Source: an uncultured Barnesiella sp.
GTDB lineage: Bacteria; Bacteroidota; Bacteroidia; Bacteroidales; Muribaculaceae
DNA: 64,000 nucleotides
Direction: 5' to 3'
Assembly (NCBI GenBank): GCA_964569915.1
Contig: CAZMUX010000002.1
Coordinates: 71,695 to 135,694 of the forward strand
The notes under the pieces were generated by a model. That model ran no database searches and had not been told where the DNA came from. It saw nothing but the letters and a program-made list of their open reading frames with translations. Positions 19,690 through 31,502 of the stretch are shown piece after piece. The translations under genes were made by a program, and so were the position numbers. Every line of letters starts with the position of its first letter. Within the stretch, counting starts at the first letter, position 1.

Positions 19690-21960
19690 TTATTCGTTGG
19701 CAGGATTCTCCTTGCGGGGTTCGCGAGGTCCGCGGTCGCCACGTTCACGACGGGGTCCGCGGTCATTGCGGTCACCGCGTTCGCGACGCGGGCCACGCTC
19801 GGGACGTTCGCCGCGGGGAGCACGCTGAGGTTCAACGTATCCTTCGGGTTTTTCCTGAAGCGCACGCATTGACAGACGGTATTTGCCGGTCTTCTTGTCA
19901 ATTTCAATGAGCTTAACCTCAACGGTATCGCCTTCCTTAAGGCCTGAAGCCTCCATGTTGTCAAGACGGTTCCATGAGATTTCTGATATATGAAGAAGTC
20001 CGTCGCGGTTGGGCATGAACTGCACGAAAGCGCCGAAGTCAAGGATTGAGCGAACAGTGCCGGTGTATACCTTGCCTTCCTCCGGAAGTTCGACGATGGC
20101 GTTGATGAGTTCGAGAGCTTTGTCGATTGACGCTTTGTCGGGAGCTGCAACTTCGATATAGCCGCCCTCGTCGATTTCGTCGATTGAGACAACTGCGCCT
20201 GATGCTTCCTGAATGCCCTGAATAACCTTTCCGCCCGGGCCGATGACGGCTCCGATGAGGTCTTTGGGTATTATCATGGTGACAATGCGAGGAACATTGG
20301 GACGATAGTCTGCGCGGGGTTCGGGGATGGTCTGCTCAATGATGTCGAGTATGTGGAGACGACCCTCACGAGCCTGATTGAGTGCGCGCTCGAGGATTTC
20401 ATAGCTCAGGCCGTCGCACTTTATATCCATCTGTGTGGCGGTGATGCCTTCACGTGTACCGGTCACCTTAAAGTCCATGTCGCCAAGGTGATCCTCATCG
20501 CCTAGGATGTCGCTCAGGATTGCATATTTTGAGCTTTCGGTGTCGGTGATAAGACCCATTGCAATGCCGCTGACGGGGCGTTTCATCTTAACGCCGGCGT
20601 CAAGCAGAGCGAGTGTGCCTGCACAGACTGTGGCCATTGAAGAAGAACCGTTCGACTCAAGAATATCACTAACGATTCGGCAAACATAGGGGAAATCGTC
20701 GGGGAACATACGTTTGAGGGCGCGGTGGGCAAGATTGCCGTGACCTACCTCGCGTCGGCCTACGCCACGCTGAGCCTTTGCCTCGCCGGTTGAGAAGGGA
20801 GGGAAGTTGTAGTGAAGGAGGAAACGCTCGCGACCCTGCGAAAGCACTTCGTCGAGGATTTTCTCATCGAGCTTGGTGCCGAGGGTGACAGTGGAGAGTG
20901 ACTGTGTCTCGCCGCGGGTGAAGACTGCGGAGCCGTGAGGAGCCTGAAGATAGCCGACCTCGCACCAAATGGGGCGGATATCTGTGGTCTTGCGGCCGTC
21001 AAGGCGAATGCCTTCGTCAAGAATGCAACGGCGCACGGCCTCTTTCTCGACGTCGTGATAGTAGCGTTTTACCAACGGAGCCTTTTCATCGCGTTCTTCC
21101 TCGGGAAGTGACTCGATGTACTCGTTGCAGATGGCGTCGAAAGAATCCTGGCGCCAGTGCTTGTCGGCGCTACCGGCCTTGGCTATAGCGTAAGCCTTGT
21201 CGTAGCATTTGTCGTGAACGTCCTTGCGAAGTTCTTCGTCGTTCACTTCGTGGCAGTATTCGCGCTTTACGGTGGCGTTGGCTTCTTCCGCAAGTTCCAT
21301 CTGAGCCTTGCACTGCACCTTGATTGCTTCATGTGCGGCTTTGAGTGCGGCGAGAAGGTCAGCTTCGCTGACTTCGTTCATTTCGCCCTCAACCATCATG
21401 ATGTTGTCATAGGTGGCACCGACCATAAGCTCCATATCGGCTTTTTCAAGCTGCTCAAATGTGGGATCAATGACAAACTCGCCATCGATGCGAGCCACTC
21501 GCACCTCGGAAATAGGGCCGTTGAAGGGGATGTCGGAGACAGCAATTGCAGCTGAAGCAGCGAGTCCGGCAAGAGCGTCGGGCATATCAACGCCGTCAGA
21601 TGAATACATCGTGATGTTCACGAATGTGTCGGCGTGATAGTTGTCGGGGAACAGAGGACGGAGCACGCGGTCGACAAGGCGCGCTGTCAAAATTTCATAA
21701 TCGGAAGCACGGCCTTCGCGTTTGAGGAAACCTCCGGGGAAACGGCCGGCAGCTGAGAATTTTTCTTTGTATTCTACCTGAAGGGGCATGAAGTCAACAC
21801 CTTCGCCGGCCTCCTTGGCCGAAACTACGGTTGCAAGAAGCATGGTACCTCCCATGCGCAACTCGACTGCACCATCAGCCTGTTTTGCTAGGCGGCCCGT
21901 TTCGAGAGTAATCTCTCGGCCATCGGGCAGAGCGATGGTTTTCTTAATTGGATTCAACAT
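19690..21960 (-). CDS. pnp: Polyribonucleotide nucleotidyltransferase
   Basis: [38 protein letters not shown] and S1 domains; start set at MLNPIKK after the TATCTTTG element. Confidence 0.97.
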   Translation of the reverse strand: MLNPIKKTIALPDGREITLETGRLAKQADGAVELRMGGTMLLATVVSAKEAGEGVDFMPLQVEYKEKFSAAGRFPGGFLKREGRASDYEILTARLVDRVLRPLFPDNYHADTFVNITMYSSDGVDMPDALAGLAASAAIAVSDIPFNGPISEVRVARIDGEFVIDPTFEQLEKADMELMVGATYDNIMMVEGEMNEVSEADLLAALKAAHEAIKVQCKAQMELAEEANATVKREYCHEVNDEELRKDVHDKCYDKAYAIAKAGSADKHWRQDSFDAICNEYIESLPEEERDEKAPLVKRYYHDVEKEAVRRCILDEGIRLDGRKTTDIRPIWCEVGYLQAPHGSAVFTRGETQSLSTVTLGTKLDEKILDEVLSQGRERFLLHYNFPPFSTGEAKAQRGVGRREVGHGNLAHRALKRMFPDDFPYVCRIVSDILESNGSSSMATVCAGTLALLDAGVKMKRPVSGIAMGLITDTESSKYAILSDILGDEDHLGDMDFKVTGTREGITATQMDIKCDGLSYEILERALNQAREGRLHILDIIEQTIPEPRADYRPNVPRIVTMIIPKDLIGAVIGPGGKVIQGIQEASGAVVSIDEIDEGGYIEVAAPDKASIDKALELINAIVELPEEGKVYTGTVRSILDFGAFVQFMPNRDGLLHISEISWNRLDNMEASGLKEGDTVEVKLIEIDKKTGKYRLSMRALQEKPEGYVEPQRAPRGERPERGPRRERGDRNDRGPRRERGDRGPREPRKENPANE

Positions 21961-22080
21961 AAAATCTTTGTATTTTCTTATTTCGTCATAATCGTACAAA
22001 GATAGCAATTTTTTCGGAGATTATGTTGATTTCTTTACATAATTTTTAACACGGACGCAGCAGAACCATGTAATAAATTT

Positions 22081-23436
22081 TTAGAGTCGGCGGAAGCAGC
22101 GCCACACCATCACGAGAGTGACTGCGGAGGCACAGACATCGGCTGCCGGAAATGACATCCAGATGCCGTCAAGACCAAAAAAGCGGGGCATAAGGAGCAA
22201 CAGCGGTATTATGAACAGCACCTGACGCGTGAGGCTCAGGAAGATTGACTGCCCGGCTTTGCCTATCGACTGAAGGAAATTGGTGGAAACTATCTGGAAT
22301 CCTACCATCCAAAAAGCCAACATACATATCTGGAGATAGCGAGCCGTGGAGCTGATGAGTTCCGGGTTATTAAGCAGAGTCGACGATATCGGCGCAGGAA
22401 TAAATTCGCCTCCGAGGAAGCCCAAAACACATACGATGGTGGAGACGCCCACAGTCAGCATATAAGTACGCCGCAGACGGTGTCGCAGACCGGCGCCATA
22501 GTTATAGCCCACAATAGGCTGCATACCCTGACAGATGCCGATGACAACCGAGCATATAAGAGCCGTGAACGTAACGAACACCCCGGCCGATGCAATCGTG
22601 CCGGAGTCCTGACCGCCATATTTAAGCAAAGAATTGTTAATCAGTACGTTAATAAAGCATGACGCCACACTGATTAGGCACGGCGCCGCGCCTATAGAGA
22701 AGATTGCTTTGATTACGTCCATTCGAAGCCTGTAGATTCCGCGCTTGAAGAATATTTCGCCGTGAGGTTTTACGAAATGGCGCATCACAAACACACACGA
22801 CACCGCCATGGCTATATCGGTAGCAATCGCGGCGCCTTTTATGCCCCAGCCGAAAACGTAGATAAACAACGGAGCAAGGGCTATATTGACTGCGGCTCCG
22901 ATTAGCATGGTAATCATGGCCTTGACGGGGAAGCCGGAGGCGCGCATAATGTTGTTGAAAGAGAAGGTGACATTGGTTATCAGCAGTCCGGGCAGCACGT
23001 AAAGCATCATGTCGCGGGCATAGGGAAGCGTGTCGGGACGTGCTCCGAACAGCGTGAGAATCTGGTCGATAAAAACCGCAAACATAGTGAGATAGACCGC
23101 GCCTATCAACAAGGTCAACACCAGTGAGTTGCCTGTGATGATTTGCGCCAGCCGTATGTTTTTGGCTCCCAGGGCTATGGAGACGCGCGCCGAGGCTCCT
23201 GCTCCCACAAGGATTCCGAGGGCCGTGGCGATATTCGTTACCGGGAAGGTGATTGTCAGGCCCGCTATGGCAACATCGCCTACTACGTGGCCTATGAATA
23301 TGCGGTCAACGATGTTGTAAAGCTGCATCACGACTATGCCAACCACAGCCGGGATGCTGTATCGCCACAGGAGCCGACCGACAGGTTCGGTCGCGAGTCC
23401 TGTCAGACGCTGTGATACCGATTCGCCTTTTGCCAT
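22081..23436 (-). CDS. MATE family efflux transporter
   Basis: LYNIVDRIFIG, GIKGAAIAT, QGMQPIVGYNYGA; ~12 TM segments. Confidence 0.93.
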   Translation of the reverse strand: MAKGESVSQRLTGLATEPVGRLLWRYSIPAVVGIVVMQLYNIVDRIFIGHVVGDVAIAGLTITFPVTNIATALGILVGAGASARVSIALGAKNIRLAQIITGNSLVLTLLIGAVYLTMFAVFIDQILTLFGARPDTLPYARDMMLYVLPGLLITNVTFSFNNIMRASGFPVKAMITMLIGAAVNIALAPLFIYVFGWGIKGAAIATDIAMAVSCVFVMRHFVKPHGEIFFKRGIYRLRMDVIKAIFSIGAAPCLISVASCFINVLINNSLLKYGGQDSGTIASAGVFVTFTALICSVVIGICQGMQPIVGYNYGAGLRHRLRRTYMLTVGVSTIVCVLGFLGGEFIPAPISSTLLNNPELISSTARYLQICMLAFWMVGFQIVSTNFLQSIGKAGQSIFLSLTRQVLFIIPLLLLMPRFFGLDGIWMSFPAADVCASAVTLVMVWRCFRRL

Positions 23437-23465
23437 ATATCAGTTGTGGGCTGCGCTTAAAATGA

Positions 23466-23495
23466 ATGCGCATCAAAACGAGTTTTGACGCGCAT
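23466..23495. repeat. Degenerate REP-like hairpin
   Basis: ATGCGCATCAAAA-CGAG-TTTTGACGCGCAT. Confidence 0.5.
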
Positions 23496-23528
23496 CGCAT
23501 ATAGTAGGTTTATGAAGGTCTCCTGAAA

Positions 23529-24215
23529 TTATTTCTGCTGCATCAGTTTTGCGCGTTCAAGGTGCTTCTCAACCGATGCGTTGACATCGCGACTATAGAC
23601 CGGGAACTCGTCAATTATCTTCTGATAAAGTTTCTCAGCCTCGGCGTAATTCTTTTGAGCCTCATACACACGAGCCAACTTCATCATGAAGAGCGGAGTG
23701 TAATAGGTGTTGTCGTCGGACTGGTCAATTGCATCCTTGAATGCTGAAACTGCATCGGGCAGTTTGTCGAGCATCACATAGCAGTCGCCTTTGAGCGAAT
23801 AGGCAGCGGCACCGATTATGGCGTCATTTGCCGAATAGTCTTTCACTGCGTTGAGAGCATCTTGATATTTACCCTGATTATAAAGGATAATTGCGGCCTG
23901 AAGACGAGCACGGTTTCCGGCATCATAGCCGTTTTCAGCGGTCTTCAGATAGAGGTTGAGTGCCAGTGAATCATTGCCGTTAACAATGAGCTCGCGGTCG
24001 GCCAGACCGATATTTTCGTTGGCCTTATTGATGCCGGGCTGACGGATTCCAAAAAGATAGAAGAGGATTGCGGCCACAATGACAATAACGACTATTGAGG
24101 CTATAGTTATCATTTTACGGCTCTCCTTCAACTTTGCAGGAAGTGAAGTGAGCGAGTCATTCAGGGTATCTATGGAAGTATGGGTTTCCTCTGCTTTTTT
24201 ATTGTTTTTTGCCAT
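23529..24215 (-). CDS. Membrane-anchored tetratricopeptide repeat protein (YfgM-like)
   Basis: N-terminal TM helix followed by TPR repeats (AYSLKGDCYV.., PLFMMKLARVYEAQKNYAEA). Confidence 0.8.
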   Translation of the reverse strand: MAKNNKKAEETHTSIDTLNDSLTSLPAKLKESRKMITIASIVVIVIVAAILFYLFGIRQPGINKANENIGLADRELIVNGNDSLALNLYLKTAENGYDAGNRARLQAAIILYNQGKYQDALNAVKDYSANDAIIGAAAYSLKGDCYVMLDKLPDAVSAFKDAIDQSDDNTYYTPLFMMKLARVYEAQKNYAEAEKLYQKIIDEFPVYSRDVNASVEKHLERAKLMQQK

Positions 24216-24392
24216 TTTATGATATTGACTGGATAAATGTGTAAAATTCTTGTTAAAGTCGGCAGTCGCCTAACCGAGTTGCAAAATTAATAGTTTTCGG
24301 CCAACGCGCAAAAAAAACGCGGATGATTTTTATTTTTATTTGCTATTCTCTAAATTTGCAATATACGTGTAACACTCTTAAACTAAACGTAA

Positions 24393-24866
24393 ATGAAAAA
24401 CATAGAAATCAAGACCATCATAGAGGAACTCAAACCTGAGGAGCTGTCAGACGCCGACCGCAAACTCGTTGAAGCCGCGCGTGAGGCCACCTCAAGGGCT
24501 TACGCGCCATACAGCCGCTTTCATGTAGGCTCCGCCATACTTCTTGACAACGGCGAGGTTGTGACGGGAGCCAATCAGGAAAATGCGGCATTCTCCTCGG
24601 GCACGTGCGCCGAACGGTCGGCCTGCTTCTATGCCGGCGCCCGATATCCGGGCGTGGCTTTCAGGAAAATTGCCATAGCCGCTGTGGGCACCGACGGCAA
24701 GGCTGTGGAACAGCCCATTCCGCCGTGCGGCTCATGCCGTCAAGCACTACTGGAATATGAGACTCTGGCGGGCCACGATGTTGAAGTGCTTCTAACGGGA
24801 GCCGACAAAGTCTACCGGCTTCCCTCAATCCGCTCTCTGCTGCCTCTAAGCTTCAGCACATTCTGA
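24393..24866 (+). CDS. cdd: Cytidine deaminase
   Basis: AYAPYSRFHVG, NQENAA, CAERSA, PCGSCRQ. Confidence 0.95.
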   Translation: MKNIEIKTIIEELKPEELSDADRKLVEAAREATSRAYAPYSRFHVGSAILLDNGEVVTGANQENAAFSSGTCAERSACFYAGARYPGVAFRKIAIAAVGTDGKAVEQPIPPCGSCRQALLEYETLAGHDVEVLLTGADKVYRLPSIRSLLPLSFSTF

Positions 24867-24908
24867 AAGCCTGATGCGCCGAGCGGCGTTTGCTGCTGAC
24901 ATTAGGTT

Positions 24909-26735
24909 CTAAAACTTCTGCATATCGACAAGGCGGCTGTAGTAGCCGTCAAGTTTAATCAGTTCGTCATGGGTACCGCGTTCCACGATGCGCCCCTCAT
25001 GAAGCACGCAAATCAGGTCGGCATTGCGGATGGTCGAGAGGCGGTGGGCTATGACGAGCGTCGTACGGTCTGCCATCAGACGGTCAAGAGCCTCCTGTAC
25101 CACTTTCTCGCTCTCGCTGTCAAGTGCCGAGGTGGCCTCGTCAAGAATAAGCATAGGGGGATTCTTCAGAATGGCGCGAGCTATTGACAAACGCTGACGC
25201 TGACCACCCGACAGACGGCAACCGCGGTCACCGATGTTGGTGTCGTAGCCTTGCTCGGTCTCCATTATGAATTCATGGGCGTTGGCTATTTTGGCGGCCT
25301 CCACAACCTGCTCCATCGTAGCGTTTTCCACCCCGAAAGCTATATTATTGAATATAGTGTCATTAAACAGAATCGCTTCCTGATTGACATTACCCATGAA
25401 GGAACGCAACGAGTAGACGCGCATATCGCGGACGTCAACACCGTCCACCGTAATTGAGCCTTTATCAACATCATAGAAGCGCGGAAGGAGGTCGGCAAGC
25501 GTTGATTTTCCCGAGCCTGACTGTCCTACGAGTGCCACTGTCGACCCGGCCGGAATGTCGAGGGTTATTCCGTGAAGCACCTCATTGTTGCCATAGCTAA
25601 AGCTGACATCATTATAGTGGACGTGACCCTTCAGGCTGTTGATTTCCACCGGTTTGGCGGGGTCTTTTATCGGGTTGTCAGCATTAAGAATTTTGTCGAT
25701 TCGTTCCATTGAGGCAAGACCTTTCTGGATTGAATAGACTGCCTTCGAAAGTTCCTTGGCTGGATTGATGATGTTATAGAATATCACCAGATAATAGATG
25801 AACGAGGCGGCGTTCATCGACGATGCGCCGCTCAGAATCAGCGAGCCGCCGAACCACAGCACTATGGCTATGGCAGTGGTGCCGAGAAACTCGCTCATGG
25901 GGTGAGCCAACGACTGGCGGCGAGCCACCTTGTTGCTCAGTGTGTAGAACACCTGATTTTCCCTGCGGAAGCGGTCACGCACCTTGTCTTCGGCATTGAA
26001 AGCTTTGATGATGCGGAGTCCGCCGAGGGTCTCCTCAATGTTAGACATGAGCACACCCCACTGGTTCTGGTTCTCAAGCGATTTGCGTTTCAGCTTCTTG
26101 CCGACCTTGCCCATTATGGTGCCGGCTATGGGGAGGAGTATCAGGACAAAAACTGTAAGCTGCCACGAGATGACACACATCATAACAAGGCAGACAATAA
26201 TCATTATGGGGTTCTTGAAGAACATATCAAGCGACGCCATGATAGAGTTCTCGATTTCTGCCACGTCGCCCGACATACGGGCCATGACATCGCCCTTGCG
26301 CTCGGAGGTGAAGAAAGAAATTGGCAGGCGCACGATTTTGGCATACATGAAATTGCGTATGTCGCGCACGATGCCGGAGCGCATCGGTATGATGAAGTAG
26401 GAACTCAGATAAGTCACTCCGGTTTTCAGAAGCGTCATCAGCACGAGGGCAGTGGCAAGCAAAGCGAGCGTGGCCGACTGGCCGAACTGGGCTATAGCCT
26501 CCTGAATATAGTAATAGAAGTTGTTGACCACCACCTCTTTGAAGGAGTCGGTGCCGAGAGCCATATATTCGTAATGCACTTCATTAACCTGAAAGAGCAT
26601 TTCAAGAATGGGAATGACCAGTGCGAATGAGAACAGTGTAAGAAAAGCGGCGAGAATATTGAAGAAAATATTGAGCGCCAGATATTTCTTATAGGGAGGG
26701 ACGAAACGCCGGAGTATTTTGAAGAATTCTTTCAT
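24909..26735 (-). CDS. ABC exporter, fused permease/ATPase (MsbA-like)
   Basis: TM domain plus GQSGSGKS, LSGGQRQR, ILDEATSALD. Confidence 0.9.
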   Translation of the reverse strand: MKEFFKILRRFVPPYKKYLALNIFFNILAAFLTLFSFALVIPILEMLFQVNEVHYEYMALGTDSFKEVVVNNFYYYIQEAIAQFGQSATLALLATALVLMTLLKTGVTYLSSYFIIPMRSGIVRDIRNFMYAKIVRLPISFFTSERKGDVMARMSGDVAEIENSIMASLDMFFKNPIMIIVCLVMMCVISWQLTVFVLILLPIAGTIMGKVGKKLKRKSLENQNQWGVLMSNIEETLGGLRIIKAFNAEDKVRDRFRRENQVFYTLSNKVARRQSLAHPMSEFLGTTAIAIVLWFGGSLILSGASSMNAASFIYYLVIFYNIINPAKELSKAVYSIQKGLASMERIDKILNADNPIKDPAKPVEINSLKGHVHYNDVSFSYGNNEVLHGITLDIPAGSTVALVGQSGSGKSTLADLLPRFYDVDKGSITVDGVDVRDMRVYSLRSFMGNVNQEAILFNDTIFNNIAFGVENATMEQVVEAAKIANAHEFIMETEQGYDTNIGDRGCRLSGGQRQRLSIARAILKNPPMLILDEATSALDSESEKVVQEALDRLMADRTTLVIAHRLSTIRNADLICVLHEGRIVERGTHDELIKLDGYYSRLVDMQKF

Positions 26736-26809
26736 AGGCAGTAGGCAGTCAGATAATGTTAAACCGCCGCGCTGTCGCGAGTAATAAAAAATTAATATTA
26801 ATTAACGGA

Positions 26810-27346
26810 CTATTTTACAAGCTCCATTCCGGCGAGAATGGCTTTCTCGTTGGCAGGAATTAGTTTGTGATGACGTTCTGGCAAAGCCTTCTTCAGGCCG
26901 AGGAGCACATTTTCGAGGCTCACCATGGGGCGCAGTTTGAGGAGCGCGCCGAGAAGCACCATATTGTAGCCCTTGGGGTTGCCGAGTGCGATTGTGGCGT
27001 CCATGGCGTCGACAGACACCACGGTTATGTCAGTGCGGGTCGGCAGGTGATGAATGCCGTTGGGGTCGTAAATTAGCAGACCGCCGGGCTTAACGTGGCT
27101 CTCGAATTTGTCGAGGCTCTGCTGGTTGAGTATCACCGCAATGTCAACAGTGTCAACTATAGGCGATGAAATGCGGTCGTCGGAAAGAATGACAGTGACG
27201 TTGGCTGTGCCTCCACGCTGTTCGGGGCCATAGGAGGGCATCCATGTTACTTCCAGATTATTCATCAGGGCGGCGTAGGCCAAAATCTTGCCCATCGATA
27301 GCACACCCTGACCACCGAAGCCGGCTATTACGATTTCTTCTTTCAT
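26810..27346 (-). CDS. 2-oxoacid:ferredoxin oxidoreductase gamma subunit
   Basis: AGFGGQGV, PSYGPEQRGG. Confidence 0.93.
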   Translation of the reverse strand: MKEEIVIAGFGGQGVLSMGKILAYAALMNNLEVTWMPSYGPEQRGGTANVTVILSDDRISSPIVDTVDIAVILNQQSLDKFESHVKPGGLLIYDPNGIHHLPTRTDITVVSVDAMDATIALGNPKGYNMVLLGALLKLRPMVSLENVLLGLKKALPERHHKLIPANEKAILAGMELVK

Positions 27347-27352
27347 TGCTGC

Positions 27353-28126
<774 letters not shown>

Positions 28127-28138
28127 AATTCCAGCGGA

Positions 28139-29218
28139 TTAGGATAAGAATTCTTTATTCAACGCGTCAAGTATTTCCTGAGGATTGGGCACGATGCCTC
28201 CGAGACGACCGAAATGGCGCACGGGCACTTTGTCATGAACGGCGAGGCGCACGTCCTCAATCATTTGGCCGGCGTTAAGCTCGGCCACCAGAATACCTTT
28301 GACATCAGCCGCCATCTCTTCGATGGCCTTGTAGGGGAACGGCCACAGCGTGATGGGGCGTATTAAGCCTACTTTAATGCCTGCCTTGCGCGCTTCTTCT
28401 ATTGACTTCAACGCAATTCGCGCCATTGAGCCGAAGGCCACTATCAGATAGTCGGCATCGTCGGTGTAGAGAGCTTCATAACGCACCTCGTTTTTCTCAA
28501 TCTCTCTATAGGTACGCTGAAAGCGTTCGTTGTTCTTCTCCATTATTGCCGAGTCAAGCTCAAGCGAGGTCACAACATTATGCTTGCGGCCTTTTGCGCC
28601 GGTAAGAGCCCACGGACACTCGCGACGTATCTGCTCCTCTGTACGGCGTGGGCGCTGGGCGGGGAGCACCACTTTTTCCATCATTTGGCCGACAACGCCG
28701 TCTGCCAGAATCATGGTCGGAGTAAGATATTTAAACGAGAGGTCAAAGCCGAGCCACACAAAATCAGCCATTTCCTGAACCGTTGAGGGGGCAAGCACTA
28801 TCAGGCGATAGTCGCCGTGGCCTCCTCCCTTGGTAGCCTGAAAATAGTCGGACTGCGAGGGGTGGATTGTGCCGAGCCCGGGGCCGCCGCGCATCACATT
28901 GACAATGAGTGCGGGAAGCTCGGATGCTGCAAGATATGATATACCCTCCTGCATCAGCGAGATGCCGGGGCTTGAAGATGATGTCATGACTGCTTTGCCG
29001 GTAGCGGCTCCACCATAGACCATATTAATTGATGAGATTTCACTCTCTGCTTGAAGCACCACCATGCCGGTTGTCTCCCAGGGCATCTCAGCCTCGAGAG
29101 TCTCGAGAATCTCTGACTGCGGGGTGATGGGATAACCGAAGTAACCGTCGGCACCATAACGGATGGCGGCATGGGCGATCGCTTCATTGCCCTTCATCAG
29201 TCTTACTTCTTCGTTCAT
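28139..29218 (-). CDS. 2-oxoacid:ferredoxin oxidoreductase alpha subunit (VorB-like)
   Basis: GNEAIA, GYPITPQSE, QAESE, TSSSSPG. Confidence 0.93.
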   Translation of the reverse strand: MNEEVRLMKGNEAIAHAAIRYGADGYFGYPITPQSEILETLEAEMPWETTGMVVLQAESEISSINMVYGGAATGKAVMTSSSSPGISLMQEGISYLAASELPALIVNVMRGGPGLGTIHPSQSDYFQATKGGGHGDYRLIVLAPSTVQEMADFVWLGFDLSFKYLTPTMILADGVVGQMMEKVVLPAQRPRRTEEQIRRECPWALTGAKGRKHNVVTSLELDSAIMEKNNERFQRTYREIEKNEVRYEALYTDDADYLIVAFGSMARIALKSIEEARKAGIKVGLIRPITLWPFPYKAIEEMAADVKGILVAELNAGQMIEDVRLAVHDKVPVRHFGRLGGIVPNPQEILDALNKEFLS

Positions 29219-29244
29219 CTGTGAATTATTTATAGCGTGTTAGG

Positions 29245-29481
29245 TCAGCCTTCTTTATTTACCACACGGTAGACTTCTATGCAGGCATCAGGACAAACAG
29301 ATGCACACGCAGCACATCCGATGCACGCTGTCGGGTTAGACATATAAGCAAAATGATAGCCGCGGTCGTTGACCTCTTTTTCTTTGAGTGACAACACGTC
29401 TTTCGGACAAGACACCACACAGAGGTTGCACCCTTTACAACGGGCTTCATCAACAGTGACGGCTCCGAATACCTTTACCAT
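29245..29481 (-). CDS. 2x[4Fe-4S] ferredoxin (delta subunit)
   Basis: CKGCNLCVVSCP and CIGCAACASVCP; start set at MVKVFG. Confidence 0.92.
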   Translation of the reverse strand: MVKVFGAVTVDEARCKGCNLCVVSCPKDVLSLKEKEVNDRGYHFAYMSNPTACIGCAACASVCPDACIEVYRVVNKEG

Positions 29482-29689
29482 AACAGGACAGGAATGATTT
29501 AACAATTGATTTACTATGCAAAAGTAATAAAAGTTATTGAATAAACATCTTTTTAACACCTCCTTAACCTTTGGCACAATCCATTGCCAAATGCGCAATA
29601 AGTGCAAAGATTATCGCAACCGTATGATTATACAAATATAATTACTATTTTTGCGTATATAAATAAAGATAAGCCAATATCGAACAATT

Positions 29690-31339
29690 ATGAAATTAAT
29701 ATCTGCAATAGCCGCAGCCACAGCGGCTTTCACATTGTGCACATTCAAAGCCGATGCCTGCACAAGCCTCATAGCCGCAAAGGGCGCTACAGCCGACGGC
29801 AGTGTCATGATAACATACGCCGCCGACTCCCACAGTCTCTACGGCGAGCTCTACAACCAGCCGGCAGCCGACCATCAGCCCGGTGAAACACGCAAAATAG
29901 TCGACTGGGATTCAGGACGGTATCTCGGAGAAATACCCGAAGTTGCCCACACCTACGCCACCATAGGCAACATGAACGAACACGGCCTCACCATTGCCGA
30001 AAGCACGTGGGGAGGCCGTACAGAGCTTGAAGGCTCCGGAATTATTGACTACGGCTCACTCATCTACATAACCCTGCAGCGCGCACGCACCGCCCGCGAG
30101 GCCATCGACGTTATGACCGGCCTTGTCAGGGATTACGGCTATGCCAGCGAGGGAGAATCGTTCTCAATAGCCGACCCCGATGAAGCATGGATAATGGAGC
30201 TTATCGGCAAGGGTAAAACCGACAAAGGAGCCGTGTGGGTGGCACGCCGTGTGCCCGACGGCTACATTTCGGGCCACGCCAACCACTCCAGAATACACCG
30301 TTTCCCGCTCAACGACCCGGAAACACTCTACTCGCCCGATGTGATTGATTTCGCTCGCAAACAAGGCTATTTCAATGGACCCGACAGCGATTTCAGCTTC
30401 TCCAGAGCCTACGCCATCACCGATTTTGGAGCACTCAGAGGCTGCGACGCCCGCGTCTGGGCCTACTACCGCAAATTTGCCGGCGACAGCATGGACAGCT
30501 ATCTGCCGTGGATAAACAATGCCGAAGGTGAAGTCCTTCCCCTTTGGGTCAAGCCCGAAAAAACACTGACCGCCACCGACCTTAAATGGATGATGCGCGA
30601 CCACTTCGAGGACACTCCGTTCGACATGACCAAGGACATAGGCGCAGGGCCATACAAAGTGCCTTACCGCTGGCGACCGATGGAGTTCACCGTCGACTCG
30701 GTCAGCTACGTCAACGAACGTGCAATCGCCACCCAGCAGACAGGCTTCTCCTTTGTAGCAAATATGCGCGCCGACCGCCCCGACTACATGAAGGGCCTCC
30801 TATGGTTCGGAACCGACGACGCCAACACTTGCGTCTACCTCCCCATATACTGCGCCGTGGCCACCCCGCCCCATCAGCTCGCTCATGGCAACGGCGACAT
30901 GAACACACTTTCATGGGACGCCAACTTCTGGGTGAATAATTACGTAGCAAATCAGGCCTACAACCGATACTCTCAGATGATTCCCGACATTCGCCGCGTA
31001 CAGAAAGAGCTTGAGGACGCCATTGACCGCGACGTGGCCGTGGCCGAGGAACAGGTGCCCGCTTTTCAGGAAGAAGACGCCCGCATCCTTCTGCAGCAGC
31101 TCGCCGAGATATGGGCCGAGGCCGCCACTACACGCTACAAGCAACTCGGCGACTATCTTCTGGTGAAATATATGGACGGCAATGTCAAGCGCGAGGATGA
31201 AAACGGATTCATGCGCACCGAAACCGGAATGCCGGCCTACCCCACTTTCCCGGGATATGACGAGCGATACTATCGCTCGATAGCCAATGATGCCGGCGAC
31301 CGCCTGCGCGTAGTGCAGCCCACAGGAACGGCACACTGA
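29690..31339 (+). CDS. C69 family dipeptidase
   Basis: Signal peptide followed by nucleophile CTS; GNMNEHGLTIAESTWGG, HANHSRI, NERAIATQQT. Confidence 0.9.
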   Translation: MKLISAIAAATAAFTLCTFKADACTSLIAAKGATADGSVMITYAADSHSLYGELYNQPAADHQPGETRKIVDWDSGRYLGEIPEVAHTYATIGNMNEHGLTIAESTWGGRTELEGSGIIDYGSLIYITLQRARTAREAIDVMTGLVRDYGYASEGESFSIADPDEAWIMELIGKGKTDKGAVWVARRVPDGYISGHANHSRIHRFPLNDPETLYSPDVIDFARKQGYFNGPDSDFSFSRAYAITDFGALRGCDARVWAYYRKFAGDSMDSYLPWINNAEGEVLPLWVKPEKTLTATDLKWMMRDHFEDTPFDMTKDIGAGPYKVPYRWRPMEFTVDSVSYVNERAIATQQTGFSFVANMRADRPDYMKGLLWFGTDDANTCVYLPIYCAVATPPHQLAHGNGDMNTLSWDANFWVNNYVANQAYNRYSQMIPDIRRVQKELEDAIDRDVAVAEEQVPAFQEEDARILLQQLAEIWAEAATTRYKQLGDYLLVKYMDGNVKREDENGFMRTETGMPAYPTFPGYDERYYRSIANDAGDRLRVVQPTGTAH

Positions 31340-31383
31340 TACAGCAACTACTTTACACTACTTAAAAAACAGGACATACTAAA

Positions 31384-31494
31384 ATAGCACGCACGGAATC
31401 GCAGCTCGGAGGGCTGACTCTTCTCGGAAACAACGCCACAGAAGACCCTGACCGCTATTCGCCCGAGGTGCTTGAGACATTCGTCACTGAATAG
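31384..31494 (+). pseudogene. queF: Truncated relic of preQ1 synthase (7-cyano-7-deazaguanine reductase) N-terminus
   Basis: ATA-start frame (I)ARTESQLGGLTLLGNNATEDPDRYSPEVLETFVTE* matches the QueF type I N-terminus ([31 protein letters not shown]) and stops before the catalytic Cys. Confidence 0.75.
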
Positions 31495-31502
31495 ACTTGA
31501 CC

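Noticed and set aside
19690-19830. RGER/GPRR repeats at the PNPase C-terminus
   Set aside because: Common disordered tail of PNPase
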